Shown: positions 1 to 11,009, counted from the stretch's first letter. The stretch: 64,000 bases of DNA from an uncultured beta proteobacterium (GCA_903927295.1 CAIYMN010000301.1:15857-79856), one strand, 5' to 3'. Made by a program: numbers and translations. Notes: generated by a model not told the origin, from the letters alone.

Positions 1-1503
1 CTCGATGTGGTCCTGCCCCGTGCTGCCAGCGCCGGCCGCTTCATTCCTGTGCATCAATTCCTGCGCCGCCCTGAATCGCTCCAGTGCCGCCGCGTAATCC
101 AGACGCGCCACCTGTGCCTCGGCATCGGCCCGAATGGAACGCAAGCTCTGGCCCTGTTGCGCATAGAGGCTCGATAGCGACTGCCACGCCATGGCATCGC
201 GCGGGTGCGCAAGGACCCAGACCTGAAAATCCTGCGCGACTTCACTGGCATGACTGACGTCACCGGACTGGAGCGCCGCCTGCGCGCGCAGGAACAGTTG
301 CGGACGCCGCAGTGACAGATCCGGGCTGGCAGCGACTGGAGCGAGAAGCACCGCTGCGCGCTTGTTCTCGCCCGCAGCAAGCGCGACTTCAACGCCGAGC
401 CAGTGTGACAACAGCGTGGCGCGCGCATCGCCCTGCACCAGTGCCGCCAGGCGTGTGAGAGATTGCGTCGCGCTGGAAAATTCACGCAATCGGCTGGCCG
501 AAAGAGTGGCGCCGTACAGCACCTCAACCTGGCGCACTGGCGGCAAGTTCGTCAGCGCGTTGTCCACCACCTCCGACGCGATGGCGCGCAGAGCGTCCAC
601 ACCAGGATTGGACAAAACTCGCGCGCGCGCCGTCATGATGGCGTGTTCCAGGGTGGGCGGTGCGCTGGCGGTGTTGCCCGCGCCCAAGGGCTGGCGTCCC
701 TGCATGTCGGCGATCCGTTCGGTCGTCAGCGGATGGCTGCGCAGATAGGGGTAGGCGCCACTGTCGTTGAGTCGCGAGGCTTGTTGCAATTTTTCAAACA
801 TCGAGACAAAACCCTGCGCCTCAAAGCCCGCCTGCGTCATGACGCCAAAACCAATGCGGTCGGCCTCACGCTCCATGTCGCGCGAAAAGTTGAGCTGGTT
901 TTGAGCCGCCACGGCCTGTCCGCCGACAATCAAGGCGCTGCCGGCATCTGCACTCTTGCTGGCAGCAAGGGCTCCCAGAATCATGGCACCGATCATCCAG
1001 GGCGTCTGCTGACTTTGCTTGGCCATGACACGCGAGATGTGGCGTTGCGTGACGTGACTCAATTCATGCCCGAGCACCGATGCCAGTTCATCGCGGCTGC
1101 CAACCACGGCCAGCAAACCCAGATGAACACCAAAATACCCGCCCGGCAGCGCAAACGCATTGACCGTGCGGTCACGCCCGAGCATGACCTCCCAGGCAAA
1201 GCGCTCGCTCAGTTCGCTGCTAAGGTCGCCACGCAGGCGCGCGGCCGCAAGCAATGGCTGCCAGACTCCCTGCACATAGTCCACCAGCACCGGGTCGTCA
1301 ATGTAATCCGGATCACGGTAGATTTCACGCGCAATCCGGTCGCCCAGTCGGCGCTCGACATTGCTGCTCATCTCGCTGCCGTCACCAAGCGTCGGCAACT
1401 GGATGCTTTCGGCCGAGCGAGCCAGCAGCGGCGCCAGGAGGGCAGCCAGCAGGATCAGCGCGTAAAGGATGCGGCAGCCAACTGCCTCAGTAAAGCTTGT
1501 CAT
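1..1503 (-). CDS. M48 family metalloprotease, BepA/YfgC-like (3' end outside window)
   Basis: Not in the ORF track because there is no stop in the window. Manual translation from ATG 1503 gives a signal peptide, then LPTLGDGSEMS..ERRLGDRIAREIYRDPDYIDDPV and the zinc motif LGHELSHVTQRHISR (~1040-1075). Frame still open at position 1. Confidence 0.88.
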   Translation of the reverse strand, partial: MTSFTEAVGCRILYALILLAALLAPLLARSAESIQLPTLGDGSEMSSNVERRLGDRIAREIYRDPDYIDDPVLVDYVQGVWQPLLAAARLRGDLSSELSERFAWEVMLGRDRTVNAFALPGGYFGVHLGLLAVVGSRDELASVLGHELSHVTQRHISRVMAKQSQQTPWMIGAMILGALAASKSADAGSALIVGGQAVAAQNQLNFSRDMEREADRIGFGVMTQAGFEAQGFVSMFEKLQQASRLNDSGAYPYLRSHPLTTERIADMQGRQPLGAGNTASAPPTLEHAIMTARARVLSNPGVDALRAIASEVVDNALTNLPPVRQVEVLYGATLSASRLREFSSATQSLTRLAALVQGDARATLLSHWLGVEVALAAGENKRAAVLLAPVAASPDLSLRRPQLFLRAQAALQSGDVSHASEVAQDFQVWVLAHPRDAMAWQSLSSLYAQQGQSLRSIRADAEAQVARLDYAAALERFRAAQELMHRNEAAGAGSTGQDHIE

Positions 1504-1585
1504 GATCGTATGATGCGGGACTCATATAAACGCCGTGTAAATCTGGCACTGCCGGCACAACGCTCCAACTGTAACGAATTAACTC

Positions 1586-2077
1586 ATGAGCTCACTTACC
1601 CATTTTGACGCACAGGGTCAAGCCCACATGGTGAACGTCGCCGGCAAGGCCCACACCCTGCGCATCGGCATCGCGGGTGGCCGCATCGAGATGCTGCCAG
1701 CCACGTTGGCCATCATCGAGGGCGGCAGCGCCAAAAAAGGTGACGTGCTGGCGATTGCACGCGTCGCCGGCATCATGGCGGCCAAAAAAACCAGTGAGTT
1801 GATCCCCCTGTGTCATCCTCTGGCGCTGACGCGAGTGGCGATTGAGTTTGAAGTTGTGCGCGCAGCGGCCGGCGCCGCGCCGGGCATCTCGTGCAAGGCC
1901 ACCGTGGAAACGGTCGGGCCGACCGGCGTTGAAATGGAAGCGCTGACAGCGGTTCAGGTGGCCCTGCTGACCATCTACGATATGTGCAAGGCGGTGGACC
2001 GCAGCATGACCATCACCGGCGTGAAACTGCTGGAGAAGCACGGCGGCAAGTCGGGCAGTTTTGTGGCGGCTGGCTAG
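1586..2077 (+). CDS. moaC: cyclic pyranopterin monophosphate synthase MoaC
   Basis: [37 protein letters not shown] and IYDMCKAVD signature motifs. Confidence 0.97.
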   Translation: MSSLTHFDAQGQAHMVNVAGKAHTLRIGIAGGRIEMLPATLAIIEGGSAKKGDVLAIARVAGIMAAKKTSELIPLCHPLALTRVAIEFEVVRAAAGAAPGISCKATVETVGPTGVEMEALTAVQVALLTIYDMCKAVDRSMTITGVKLLEKHGGKSGSFVAAG

Positions 2078-3579
2078 CGCTGCATCGGGCTGCCAGGATG
2101 CTGGCGCAACCACGCCGCATGGCTTTCAGGAAAAGCCACCTGATAGCGCGCGAGGTAATAAGCGACTTCGTCCTGGCGCCCCAGCACTGAAGCGCTATCG
2201 ATCAGCTTTTCCACGACACGGGCTTCTGGAGAAAAATGCAGCAGATCGGACGCCAGATCATGCAGAATGGCGGCATTTTCGGGCGTCACCTCTGCCATCG
2301 TGAGTTCAGCAAAACGTACCTGATCCTGGAACAACCAGGAATCGCGAATTTTTTCCATCGTATTTTCGCGATAGTCTGCCGCTCTAAACTCACCGGCCAG
2401 GTAAATCTGGCTGACGCGGCGATAGTCCCAGGCAGCGTAGGTCAGCGCAACTGACAGCAGCACGGCCAGCAGGCCTGGCAAAAGGGTTACGGTCGCCGAG
2501 GGGTTGGGAGGGCTCTCCGGACTGCGCCAGAGCAGCCAGATGCTCAGACCACAGGCAAACTGAAAAGGCCCATACCACAGTGGGTACTCCAGCATGCTGT
2601 GCAGCAGAATCAGCGCCAGTACAGCCCACGCCATTTGCCGCGTTGCGTTGGTTTCGCGCCAGGGTCTGGCGTGCCACACCAGCCAGACGCCCAGCGCGCA
2701 AACGAGCAGCGAAAAGGGCACACCGAGTTCAACTGCCAGGTGCAGCGGCAGATTGTGTGCATTGTCCAGAATGTCGCAGAAGCGTTCTCCCGGATAAAGG
2801 GTGATGAAATGCGCGTAATCGAGTTCACCCCAGCCCCAACCGAACCACGGCTTTTGCGCGATCAGGTGCAGCACATTCGACCACAGGGTCAAGCGACTGG
2901 TGCACTGCGCCGCGCCTTCATGCAAACGCCCGAGAATGCCACTGGTCTGTGAATCAAGACCGCCCAGAACGGGCAGGGCAAACGCGGCCAACGCGTACGC
3001 CATAACAGCGGTCAACAAAAGAGTCCAGCGGACAGCGTCACGCCTGTCTGCTACAGAGCGACCCCAGAGCCAGTTCATCATCAAGAGCAAGGGCAACTGC
3101 ATCAAACCGGTGCGTGATGATGAGGCCGCATTGGCAAGTGCCAGCAGCACAGCCGCCAGCACGCCGGCAACGGGCAGGTAAGGCGCCGCTGAACCGGCCG
3201 CGGTACTTGGACGGACATCCGTTCGCCAGCGTTCACCCCACCACAGCAAAGCGGCCAGGCCGATATTGGTCAGCGTTGCGAACTGATTGCGCTGTCGCAG
3301 GTTGGCAAAGGCTTCGCCGACGTCGCTACCGTTGACCCATGGCGCAAATGCAGAGGCGCCCCCGAAATACTGCAACAAACCGATGGCTGCGCTGATCAAT
3401 GCCGCACCCAGCCACGCTGCAGCGGCAGCGCGCTCCAGTCGCACCGGCGCCGCCCATAGCAGGAGCAATACGAAACATCCCAGCGTCAGCAGCCACGGAA
3501 CAACAATCGACGAGGGTCCGCGAGAAAACGGATTAAGCCACGGCAGCGCGATAAAAAGGGAAACCGCAAAGGCGTGCAC
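2074..3579 (-). CDS. pglL: PglL family O-oligosaccharyltransferase (Wzy_C domain)
   Basis: Polytopic membrane protein with [34 protein letters not shown] and [10 protein letters not shown]. Its stop overlaps the moaC stop at CTAG 2074-2077. Confidence 0.85.
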   Translation of the reverse strand: MHAFAVSLFIALPWLNPFSRGPSSIVVPWLLTLGCFVLLLLWAAPVRLERAAAAAWLGAALISAAIGLLQYFGGASAFAPWVNGSDVGEAFANLRQRNQFATLTNIGLAALLWWGERWRTDVRPSTAAGSAAPYLPVAGVLAAVLLALANAASSSRTGLMQLPLLLMMNWLWGRSVADRRDAVRWTLLLTAVMAYALAAFALPVLGGLDSQTSGILGRLHEGAAQCTSRLTLWSNVLHLIAQKPWFGWGWGELDYAHFITLYPGERFCDILDNAHNLPLHLAVELGVPFSLLVCALGVWLVWHARPWRETNATRQMAWAVLALILLHSMLEYPLWYGPFQFACGLSIWLLWRSPESPPNPSATVTLLPGLLAVLLSVALTYAAWDYRRVSQIYLAGEFRAADYRENTMEKIRDSWLFQDQVRFAELTMAEVTPENAAILHDLASDLLHFSPEARVVEKLIDSASVLGRQDEVAYYLARYQVAFPESHAAWLRQHPGSPMQR

Positions 3580-3582
3580 GAA

Positions 3583-5862
3583 TCACTTGGGCACGCTTGG
3601 CGCGCGATCAAAACTGAGGAACCAATGGTGGGCGCCAGGGGCAAGTCCCTCCAGGATCAATGCATGGCGCCAACGATCCACGGCGACGACCTTGGGTGTG
3701 CCTGTTTCCTCTGCGTCACCGGTCAGGCTCAGCAGACTGCCGACTTGTGGCAGGTTCACCAGCACCGTCACGGGTTGACGCAATGGATCATTGCCGCTGA
3801 CTGAAACGGTGAGCAAGGGCGGAAACACTTCCGTATCGAGCGTGACCCGCACGCGCTCACGTTCGCGCCACCAGGCGGCGACTCGACCCGCAGTGGCAGT
3901 CCACGTGGCCGGGCTGTTTGCCTTCATGTGTCTGGATACCTCGACCCATTGCGCGTCGTTCAGCGTGCTCTGGCCCGGGAACCTGACAACACTTAGGCCC
4001 GCCATCTGCTGCCCCAGCGTGAATTCATCCGCAAAGTCACGCAAAGCAGCGGCTGGGTCACCGAGAGTCAGCGCATCGTCAGGCCCGCTTTGCGTGCGCG
4101 GCAAATTCACCAGAATGTTGGCAGATTTTGTACCCGCTACGATCACGGGCAGTCTGGCGGGCGCCGAACCAGGATCACCCACCTCGTAGGAGAATCCGCG
4201 CTCGCTCAGCAATCCTTCTGTCACGGCGTCGTAGCTTTCCATGGGCGCTCGAAAACCAGGTGTCGGCCCCACCTCAATTCCGGCCGCCTTTACCGCTTCC
4301 ACCATCGTGTCGAGCCGCTGCCCTTGCGTATCAGCTGACTGACCCTTGAAGGCAAAGAATTGGTCACCCAGATAGGCTATCTCATGACCACGCGACTGAA
4401 TATCCTTGATGACAGGCGCTGAACTTTCAGCTTCTTCCGCCAACACAAAATAGCTTGCGCCACCGCCGAGTTCTTCCGCCAGTTTGGCGTAGCGCAACAC
4501 TTCGTCTGTCAACTCATCGGGTGCATCGACCGCCAACACGAGCGCACTGCGAAATGGCCATGGCCACGCAGCAGCATACGCATCGGGCTGACGCGCCAGC
4601 CAATTCAGTGCATCGCGCGCGATGGTCTCCATCGCAGCGCGGTCGGCGCTCGCCCAGAGGCGTTCCGGATAGCCGAGCACGACCGAGCGCGATGTCTTGC
4701 CACCGGCCAGTACGCGCTCATCAAAGGTAATCACACTGCTTGGCTTGCCGACTTGTACGGTACGCGACCAGTCCATGACCTCTGCGGCAGAGTGGGCGCC
4801 GCTCAGGCGCAGCGCAAACCACTCGCGCGCCCGCTCAACCCAGATCCGCAAACCTGCCGGCAAATGATGAAGCACCGGGTTGTCGCCGTGCGGCATGACG
4901 TACGTGTCCTCCGTCGTTCCTTCGGTGTTGCCTACCACCTTGGTGTTCAGGGTCTGCTCCATGAAACCAAAGCCAAGCCACTGGCCAGACTCACCGCGCA
5001 CGCCCGTCAGCCATGAAGACAGCACGCTGCCACCGCGCTCCCTGAAATCTGCGATCAAGCGTTTCTCGCTATCGGTCAGCGCAACCGCCGAGGGCAGAAG
5101 CAAAACGTCGGGGAACGACGTTTTCAGACCATCAAGACTATTGACGAATTCAAACCTGACATCCTGTCGCCGCAAGAAGTCTTCCCAGACTGCGATGCCA
5201 CTTTGGTAGTCGATACCCAAGGCTGCAAGATAGCTTCGCGTCGTGGGCGATGCGAAAAGCACAACAAGTGGCTGCTTCGCCCTGGTCACGAATTCCACAC
5301 CGGTCGCTCCCGCAATCGCCGTCACTTCCACGACACCGGCACCTGGCACAGCGGGAGGTGCCGCGGGCAAGGTCAGGCTTGCTGCAGGCAGCGTCACGTC
5401 CAGCGTTGCAGCCGCTTGCGTGCTGGGCTTGACAAACATTCCGGGCGGCAGAATCGATCCCAGGGGAGGATTTCCGCCGCTTGCGCCCGGCACCACCGGC
5501 GGACTAACTTTTGCCAACGGCACGATCGCCGTCGGTGCCTCCGATTTTGGCGGCAGAGGTGCCAGTGGTACCGCACTGCGTACTACTTTCACCTCTGGAA
5601 CTGTCAGCAGGACCGGTACATCAGAGTGCAGAGAATCCGCAGGAGCCACTATTGCAGTGGCCTTGCGTGTGGTCGGGGTCACAAGCGGGAGCCGCGCCAC
5701 GTCCTTGCCCTGGACCGGCGCTACGGCGCGCGCTCTGAAAGGCCAGCTTGAAGCGCAGCCCTGTAGCATGATGGCAGCCATCAGGACAGCGCCGGCACGA
5801 ACCAGCAATCCGGCAGGCAAGGCCCGGCCATAAAGAGTTGAAAACTGCACGATACTGTTCAA
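3583..5862 (-). CDS. lipoprotein with Pro/Ala-rich linker and degenerate polysaccharide deacetylase (NodB/CE4-like) domain
   Basis: Lipobox LQG-C, long Pro/Ala/Val-rich linker, then colinear similarity to 11222..13126 (LPSAVAL, GFRAPxESYD, LPRTQ, WWRERER). Metal-binding His residues absent. Start (TTG 5862) uncertain. Confidence 0.75.
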   Translation of the reverse strand: MNSIVQFSTLYGRALPAGLLVRAGAVLMAAIMLQGCASSWPFRARAVAPVQGKDVARLPLVTPTTRKATAIVAPADSLHSDVPVLLTVPEVKVVRSAVPLAPLPPKSEAPTAIVPLAKVSPPVVPGASGGNPPLGSILPPGMFVKPSTQAAATLDVTLPAASLTLPAAPPAVPGAGVVEVTAIAGATGVEFVTRAKQPLVVLFASPTTRSYLAALGIDYQSGIAVWEDFLRRQDVRFEFVNSLDGLKTSFPDVLLLPSAVALTDSEKRLIADFRERGGSVLSSWLTGVRGESGQWLGFGFMEQTLNTKVVGNTEGTTEDTYVMPHGDNPVLHHLPAGLRIWVERAREWFALRLSGAHSAAEVMDWSRTVQVGKPSSVITFDERVLAGGKTSRSVVLGYPERLWASADRAAMETIARDALNWLARQPDAYAAAWPWPFRSALVLAVDAPDELTDEVLRYAKLAEELGGGASYFVLAEEAESSAPVIKDIQSRGHEIAYLGDQFFAFKGQSADTQGQRLDTMVEAVKAAGIEVGPTPGFRAPMESYDAVTEGLLSERGFSYEVGDPGSAPARLPVIVAGTKSANILVNLPRTQSGPDDALTLGDPAAALRDFADEFTLGQQMAGLSVVRFPGQSTLNDAQWVEVSRHMKANSPATWTATAGRVAAWWRERERVRVTLDTEVFPPLLTVSVSGNDPLRQPVTVLVNLPQVGSLLSLTGDAEETGTPKVVAVDRWRHALILEGLAPGAHHWFLSFDRAPSVPK

Positions 5863-6004
5863 GTCCCGTCAAAAGAAACAAGCGCCTCAGACCACGCACC
5901 GACCTGACCGAAAATGGCCGCCCTGCACTCGCCTGGATTGTACGGTCACCAAACAAACCGTCTCGAAGTTCCGGGCAAATACAGTCCTTGGCCAGTGGTG
6001 TATA

Positions 6005-6013
6005 TGTTATAAC
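6005..6013 (+). promoter_or_regulatory. candidate extended -10 promoter element upstream of bcsE
   Basis: TGTTATAAC resembles TGnTATAAT, in the divergent intergenic region about 110 bp upstream of the bcsE start. Confidence 0.3.
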
Positions 6014-6120
6014 CTCAGCCAGTCTGTCCCTCTGGTTGATGCTCGATATCAGCGCCAAGCATAGGGTACGCCGTTCAGTTTTGGGATCGTTTTGTATACC
6101 AACAAAAGCTAATCGCAGTC

Positions 6121-7989
6121 ATGCCGGACGAAAACATCCCGTCATCACCTGTCCGACTGTGCATCTCCGGCCTGCCCAGGCTGACCGACTGCATGCTCAG
6201 CGGCGGCGTTTACGCGCTGATCGCAGAGACTCCCCCGGCGCGTTTTCCGATCCTGACCAGCAGCCTCGACGGCGCCTTGCGTCAGGGCCTGCGTTGTACC
6301 GTGATCCTGCCCTCTGAAACGGAGGCAGATGCGTTTGTCAAGCGGGTAGACTCATTCCAGCAGTTCGTCACAACGGACGCCATCTCCGCTGGCACGCTGC
6401 AACTCTTCACCTTGCAAGATGATTTTGCAAAAAACATGTTTCGATTCGGCGCCGAGACATTTGCGCGCGACATGGATCACTTTCAGATTCCCGCCGACAG
6501 CTATCTGATATTCGACCGTGCCGATGAATTGTTCAGTCTGCATGACGTTTCGCTGGCAATGGAGCAAATCGATGTCCTGAAACACTGGTTCAGTCAGCGC
6601 CGGATTACGACGCTTCTGATTTTTACCCGCCTGGTCAATTCCGGCGTAAGCACCTTGAACGCCATGATGGACAAGCTTACCGGGATCGTACGTATCGGCG
6701 GTGATCGGGCCGGACTTGAGTTGACTTTTGATTACTGGCAGTCTCAGGACGGCACGATCGCCGCCAAGCATCACTCCTTGTCGATCCTCGAATCGGGCTT
6801 GTACAAGGTCTCGGCCAGCGTTGCGCCCTCCCCGCGCAGCGAACCGGAGCAAGCAGTTGACGATGGAGACACGCGGATCTTCTACATGGACCCGGATTTG
6901 ATCAGCCTTGCCAAGCAGATGCCCGGATCCTGGCAAAACGTGGACACCCTGGTAGGCATGATGCACGCCACCCGGGAAGCACCCAACGCGACGGTGATTC
7001 TGAGCTTTCAACACGATACCAATTTGCGCCAACTCGCCGAAGCGGTGCACACCCTGCGTTTGAATCTGGGCCGGCGCGCCCGTATCGTGGTACGTGAAGA
7101 CAACGCTTCTCTGCGTTACCAGAATGAGGCTCTCTTGTTGCGCCTGGGCGTCAGTCTGATCGTGCATCGCGACTTGAGCGCCAGCCGTTTGCCCCTCTTG
7201 CTGGAGTCCCTAAGCGGACAGATTTTCGACCGCGACGTCGACATTGACTTTGAAGTCGCTCTGGCCAGCGTCATTCCTTCGGGTCTGCGCGGCTATCTCC
7301 CCGCAGCACGCTTCGCGCGCGAGGCCAGGACGATCGTCGAGCGCGGTGAGTCGCTCAACATTCCCTGCTCGCTGGTGGTCGGCCATCCCTTGGCCGGCAC
7401 GAGTCTGGTCGACATTGTTGCGCGCATCGACATGGCACGCCCCGGTGACCTGGTCTCCAGCGATGGCGAGTCGTGTTATCTGTTTCTCAACGGCTGTCCG
7501 GAATCGGTCCTTCTGACAACGGTCGAGCGCCTGCTGGGACAATCCTTGAATGCGGCTTTCGATCAATCAAGATTCGTCATTCGGCGTATGGAGGTGCTGA
7601 CCGAACTTGCTGCACTTGAGCGCGCTGCCAGCCGTAAGGAATTGCCGGATTATTCGGGTCAATTGGCCGCTGCGCCGCACCCTCCCAAAACAGTGTCCAT
7701 CCCCAAACCCGCAGTGCATGAAGAACCACTCGCAGTGCAGGAGGTGGCAACATTGCCGGTGTTGCCGCAGGTAGCACAGCCCGCGATCGACATCGCGATA
7801 GAGCCGCCTGTGGTTGCGCCCGCACTGCCTGTCGCCGCCAACCCGATGATCGAGAAGCCCGGTTTCAACTATTCCGGCCCGGGCAGCGGGCAGACCTACG
7901 GTAAAGCGGAGGCGCCGCGCGCGACCCGCGCCAAGGCGCCGGGCGAAGCGGACGGCAATCCACAGAAGTCGACATCGAACGCAAAATGA
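6121..7989 (+). CDS. bcsE: BcsE family c-di-GMP-binding protein (GIL domain)
   Basis: IVVREDNASLRYQNEALLLRLG, LRGYLP and I-site-like RPGD followed by YLFLNGC match the BcsE architecture. Pro-rich C-terminal tail. Confidence 0.85.
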   Translation: MPDENIPSSPVRLCISGLPRLTDCMLSGGVYALIAETPPARFPILTSSLDGALRQGLRCTVILPSETEADAFVKRVDSFQQFVTTDAISAGTLQLFTLQDDFAKNMFRFGAETFARDMDHFQIPADSYLIFDRADELFSLHDVSLAMEQIDVLKHWFSQRRITTLLIFTRLVNSGVSTLNAMMDKLTGIVRIGGDRAGLELTFDYWQSQDGTIAAKHHSLSILESGLYKVSASVAPSPRSEPEQAVDDGDTRIFYMDPDLISLAKQMPGSWQNVDTLVGMMHATREAPNATVILSFQHDTNLRQLAEAVHTLRLNLGRRARIVVREDNASLRYQNEALLLRLGVSLIVHRDLSASRLPLLLESLSGQIFDRDVDIDFEVALASVIPSGLRGYLPAARFAREARTIVERGESLNIPCSLVVGHPLAGTSLVDIVARIDMARPGDLVSSDGESCYLFLNGCPESVLLTTVERLLGQSLNAAFDQSRFVIRRMEVLTELAALERAASRKELPDYSGQLAAAPHPPKTVSIPKPAVHEEPLAVQEVATLPVLPQVAQPAIDIAIEPPVVAPALPVAANPMIEKPGFNYSGPGSGQTYGKAEAPRATRAKAPGEADGNPQKSTSNAK

Positions 7990-9659
7990 GCCACATCACA
8001 GCCAACCACCTGTTCCTTTGCTCGGCATTGCTGCTTTCGGGACCTGTCTGTGCGGCCGATGCCGTCGGCACGAGTGCGCTGGAACTGTATCGACAAGCCC
8101 AGTACACGGATGCGGCCGAACGTGGGCTGACCGAGTTGCTGCGCGAGCCCTGGAACCATGAACTGCGGTTTGTGGTTGCCGACAGTTTGCAGCGCAGTGG
8201 AAGATTTGACGATGCAGCAACCCAGTTCGAAGCTCTGGAAGGCACGCCTTACGCTGCCAGTGCAAGCCTGCGCCTGAACGCTTTGCGCCTGAATCAGCCA
8301 GCGCGCCGTCTCGCAGCAGCTGCCACGCCATCGCGGCAAATCCTCGCGCAACGCCCGGCACCGCTTACCGTCGCCGCTCCCGACAATGTGCCATTGACCG
8401 AACCGCCGCCTGCCAGAAGACCCAGGGGCAGCGCGTATACAGCGATTGGCAGCCCGTCGCCGGCAACTTCCGCCCTCAGCTCAGCGCAACAACAGATTCT
8501 GGAACTCAGCGCTGCAGAGAACTACCAGGCAGCCGGAACTCAGGGACTCAGTCTGTTGACCAAGGAACCTCCCGAGGATGAATTGCGCCTCGTGATTGCG
8601 AACAGCCTGGCATGGACCGGTCGGCTGAAGGAGTCCATTCAGCAATACCAGCCGCTCATCGATGGCAAGCTGGACAAGGAGGCTCGCGTCGGCATGGCCA
8701 ACGTCTATCGGTGGCGCGGCCGTGACGATCAGGCAGTGCCCTTGCTTCGCTCGGTACTATCGACTGATCCTGAAAACAGCGACGCACGACAGGCGATGGA
8801 TTTGGCGCAGCGCGAATTGCGCGCACGCACACTCGTGACGCTGGGCACTTTCGACGATTCGTCCGATATGCAGCGCCGCTCACTCTCCATCAACCACCGT
8901 TGGCGCGACGCCAGTGGTCGCAATATTTTTGAAATCGAAACCAGTGGCGTTGACGACACACTGTTGACGACCGCAGTCAAGCAACAGGATCTGACCCTGC
9001 GCTATCAGGCCCTTGGATTGCCTCTGCAACCGCGCTTTGAGATCAGCGCACAGGCCAATCCCGAGTCGGCTGCTTTCGCTGGTCTCAAGCTTCAGTTCGC
9101 CGAACAGGCACTCGTCCTTGACCTTGGCCGCGTCAATTGGGGAAAGATGGCATTGAATGCCAATGCATTGCAAACCAGCCTGGCAGCAGCGCACGCCGGC
9201 GCCCAGGCCAATGGCAGGTTTGTGTTGGGACAGCTGAGCGGGCACGTTGACTACTACGACATTTCAGACAACAACACCATTTTGGCGAGCACCTTCAACT
9301 TCATGCCTGCCTGGCGCCCGCTTGGCTTGCGAATCAAGCCTCTCGTCGGGCTGGAAACACGCGACGCCAGATTCGCATCCAGCGCCTACTGGTCGCCGGC
9401 CACTGGATTTGGCACGGTGTACGCCGGGCTGATCGGCGAGTGGAGTGGAGCCAACTGGGATTTCATGGCCAGCGGCCAGGCCGGAAGGCGCCTGTATGGC
9501 GAAGCAGGCCCGAACTGGAGCGCCTCTGCCAGTGGGCGCCACTGGCTGGGTAAGGATCTGGCAATTGGCCTCAGCCTCTGGGACATGGCGAGTTGGCGCA
9601 ATAACGCCGCCTACCGGGCTAAGTCACTGACGATGAGCCTGGAGAAAGTTTGGAACTAA
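7986..9659 (+). CDS. TPR plus C-terminal outer-membrane beta-barrel protein (PgaA/YaiO-like export porin)
   Basis: Signal peptide, TPR helices (IANSLAWTGRL, GMANVYRWRGR), C-terminal half of alternating amphipathic strands ending SLTMSLEKVWN. ATGA overlap with bcsE. Confidence 0.7.
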   Translation: MSHITANHLFLCSALLLSGPVCAADAVGTSALELYRQAQYTDAAERGLTELLREPWNHELRFVVADSLQRSGRFDDAATQFEALEGTPYAASASLRLNALRLNQPARRLAAAATPSRQILAQRPAPLTVAAPDNVPLTEPPPARRPRGSAYTAIGSPSPATSALSSAQQQILELSAAENYQAAGTQGLSLLTKEPPEDELRLVIANSLAWTGRLKESIQQYQPLIDGKLDKEARVGMANVYRWRGRDDQAVPLLRSVLSTDPENSDARQAMDLAQRELRARTLVTLGTFDDSSDMQRRSLSINHRWRDASGRNIFEIETSGVDDTLLTTAVKQQDLTLRYQALGLPLQPRFEISAQANPESAAFAGLKLQFAEQALVLDLGRVNWGKMALNANALQTSLAAAHAGAQANGRFVLGQLSGHVDYYDISDNNTILASTFNFMPAWRPLGLRIKPLVGLETRDARFASSAYWSPATGFGTVYAGLIGEWSGANWDFMASGQAGRRLYGEAGPNWSASASGRHWLGKDLAIGLSLWDMASWRNNAAYRAKSLTMSLEKVWN

Positions 9660-11008
9660 GAGGCGTATCCAGATACGCCTGGGCCACGCTGATGATCGGT
9701 GGCGGCGTGGCCTTCGTCGTGTTCAGTTTCGAGAAGATTCGTGAGCTGGGTGATCAGTCGCTGAGCATCCTGTTCGAGAACTTCATTCTCGGCGCCATAT
9801 CGGCGTACCTGCTGTTTTTTCTTTCCCTGCTGATTATTCGCTATGCGGTACTCATTCTGTACTCCTTCATGGAGCATCTGGAATACGTACTGCGGCGTAA
9901 ACACCATCCCGAGAACCAGCGCCGGGCCGACAAACTGCTGCCCATGATTACGCTGGTGGTGCCCGCTTACAACGAAGGTCCGGTGATTCAGCAGGCTTTG
10001 CGCTCCCTGCTGCTGCTTGACTACCCAAACTATGAAATCCTGGTAATCGACGACGGCTCGACCGACGATACCTACGAGAAGGCGCTTGCCGTTGCGCGTG
10101 AGCCCCATGAAGTACCGATTCGAATCATCACCAAACCCAATGGTGGCAAGGCCGACGCGCTGAACACCGGCATGGCGCAGGCGCGCAGCGAATTCGTTTT
10201 GAACATGGACGGTGATACCAAGCTGTCGAGCAATACGCTGCGTGCCTGCATCTCGCACTTTGATGACCCCAGCGTCGGCGCGGTGGCAGGCAACGTCAAG
10301 GTCCTGAACCGCGAAAACATGTGGACCAAGGTACAGGCACTGGAATATATCGAAGGTCTGGCCATGGCACGTAAGGCACAGAGCTTCATGCGCACCGTGA
10401 ACATCATTCCGGGGCCACTCGGCATGTTTCGCAAGACCGCCTTGCAGCAGGTTGGTGGCTACGACCGCGACACATTCGCCGAAGATTGCGACTTGACGCT
10501 CAAGTTGCTGATGCGCGGCTGGCATGTGGTGTACGAACCTACCGCCATCGCCTGGGTTGAGACCCCAAGCCACCTGCTCGATCTGCTCAAGCAGCGTTAC
10601 CGCTGGACACGCGGCATTTTGCAAGCCACTCGCAAACACAGCGCTGCACTGTGGCATCCACGCAGGGCTGGCATCAACTTCTTTATCCTCTGGTACATGC
10701 TTTTCGAGGGAATTGTCTGGCCTTTCTCTACGGTACTGGGAAACATTTTCTTTGTTTACATCGGTCTGCAGTACGGTGTGGCGATCTTTCTTTTCTATTG
10801 GTGGCTGCAACTCACGATGCTCGACATCGTCGCCGCTTCCTACTGCGTCATCGTTGAGGAAGAGGACCCGTCGCTCATCTACTACTCAATTGTGTTCAGG
10901 CTGTTCTATATTACGGTCATTGATATTTCGAAGGTCTTCGCTACTATTGAAGAATGGCGCGGCACAGCGATGACCTGGGGCAAACTTCAGCGCGAAGGAA
11001 AGCTTTAG
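9650..11008 (+). CDS. processive GT2 synthase, PgaC/IcaA-like
   Basis: VPAYNE, DDGSTD, NGGKADALN, MDGD, AEDCDLT and QRYRW motifs with N- and C-terminal TM segments. No PilZ domain. Confidence 0.85.
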   Translation: MELRGVSRYAWATLMIGGGVAFVVFSFEKIRELGDQSLSILFENFILGAISAYLLFFLSLLIIRYAVLILYSFMEHLEYVLRRKHHPENQRRADKLLPMITLVVPAYNEGPVIQQALRSLLLLDYPNYEILVIDDGSTDDTYEKALAVAREPHEVPIRIITKPNGGKADALNTGMAQARSEFVLNMDGDTKLSSNTLRACISHFDDPSVGAVAGNVKVLNRENMWTKVQALEYIEGLAMARKAQSFMRTVNIIPGPLGMFRKTALQQVGGYDRDTFAEDCDLTLKLLMRGWHVVYEPTAIAWVETPSHLLDLLKQRYRWTRGILQATRKHSAALWHPRRAGINFFILWYMLFEGIVWPFSTVLGNIFFVYIGLQYGVAIFLFYWWLQLTMLDIVAASYCVIVEEEDPSLIYYSIVFRLFYITVIDISKVFATIEEWRGTAMTWGKLQREGKL

Positions 11009-11009
11009 C

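Noticed and set aside
463-1608. 381-aa plus-strand ORF
   Set aside because: Antisense shadow of the M48 protease gene; no recognisable motifs
9656-10810. 384-aa minus-strand ORF, and similar long antisense ORFs such as 14499..15305, 17646..18548 and 20662..21747
   Set aside because: They lie opposite well-supported genes, as expected from codon bias in GC-rich DNA
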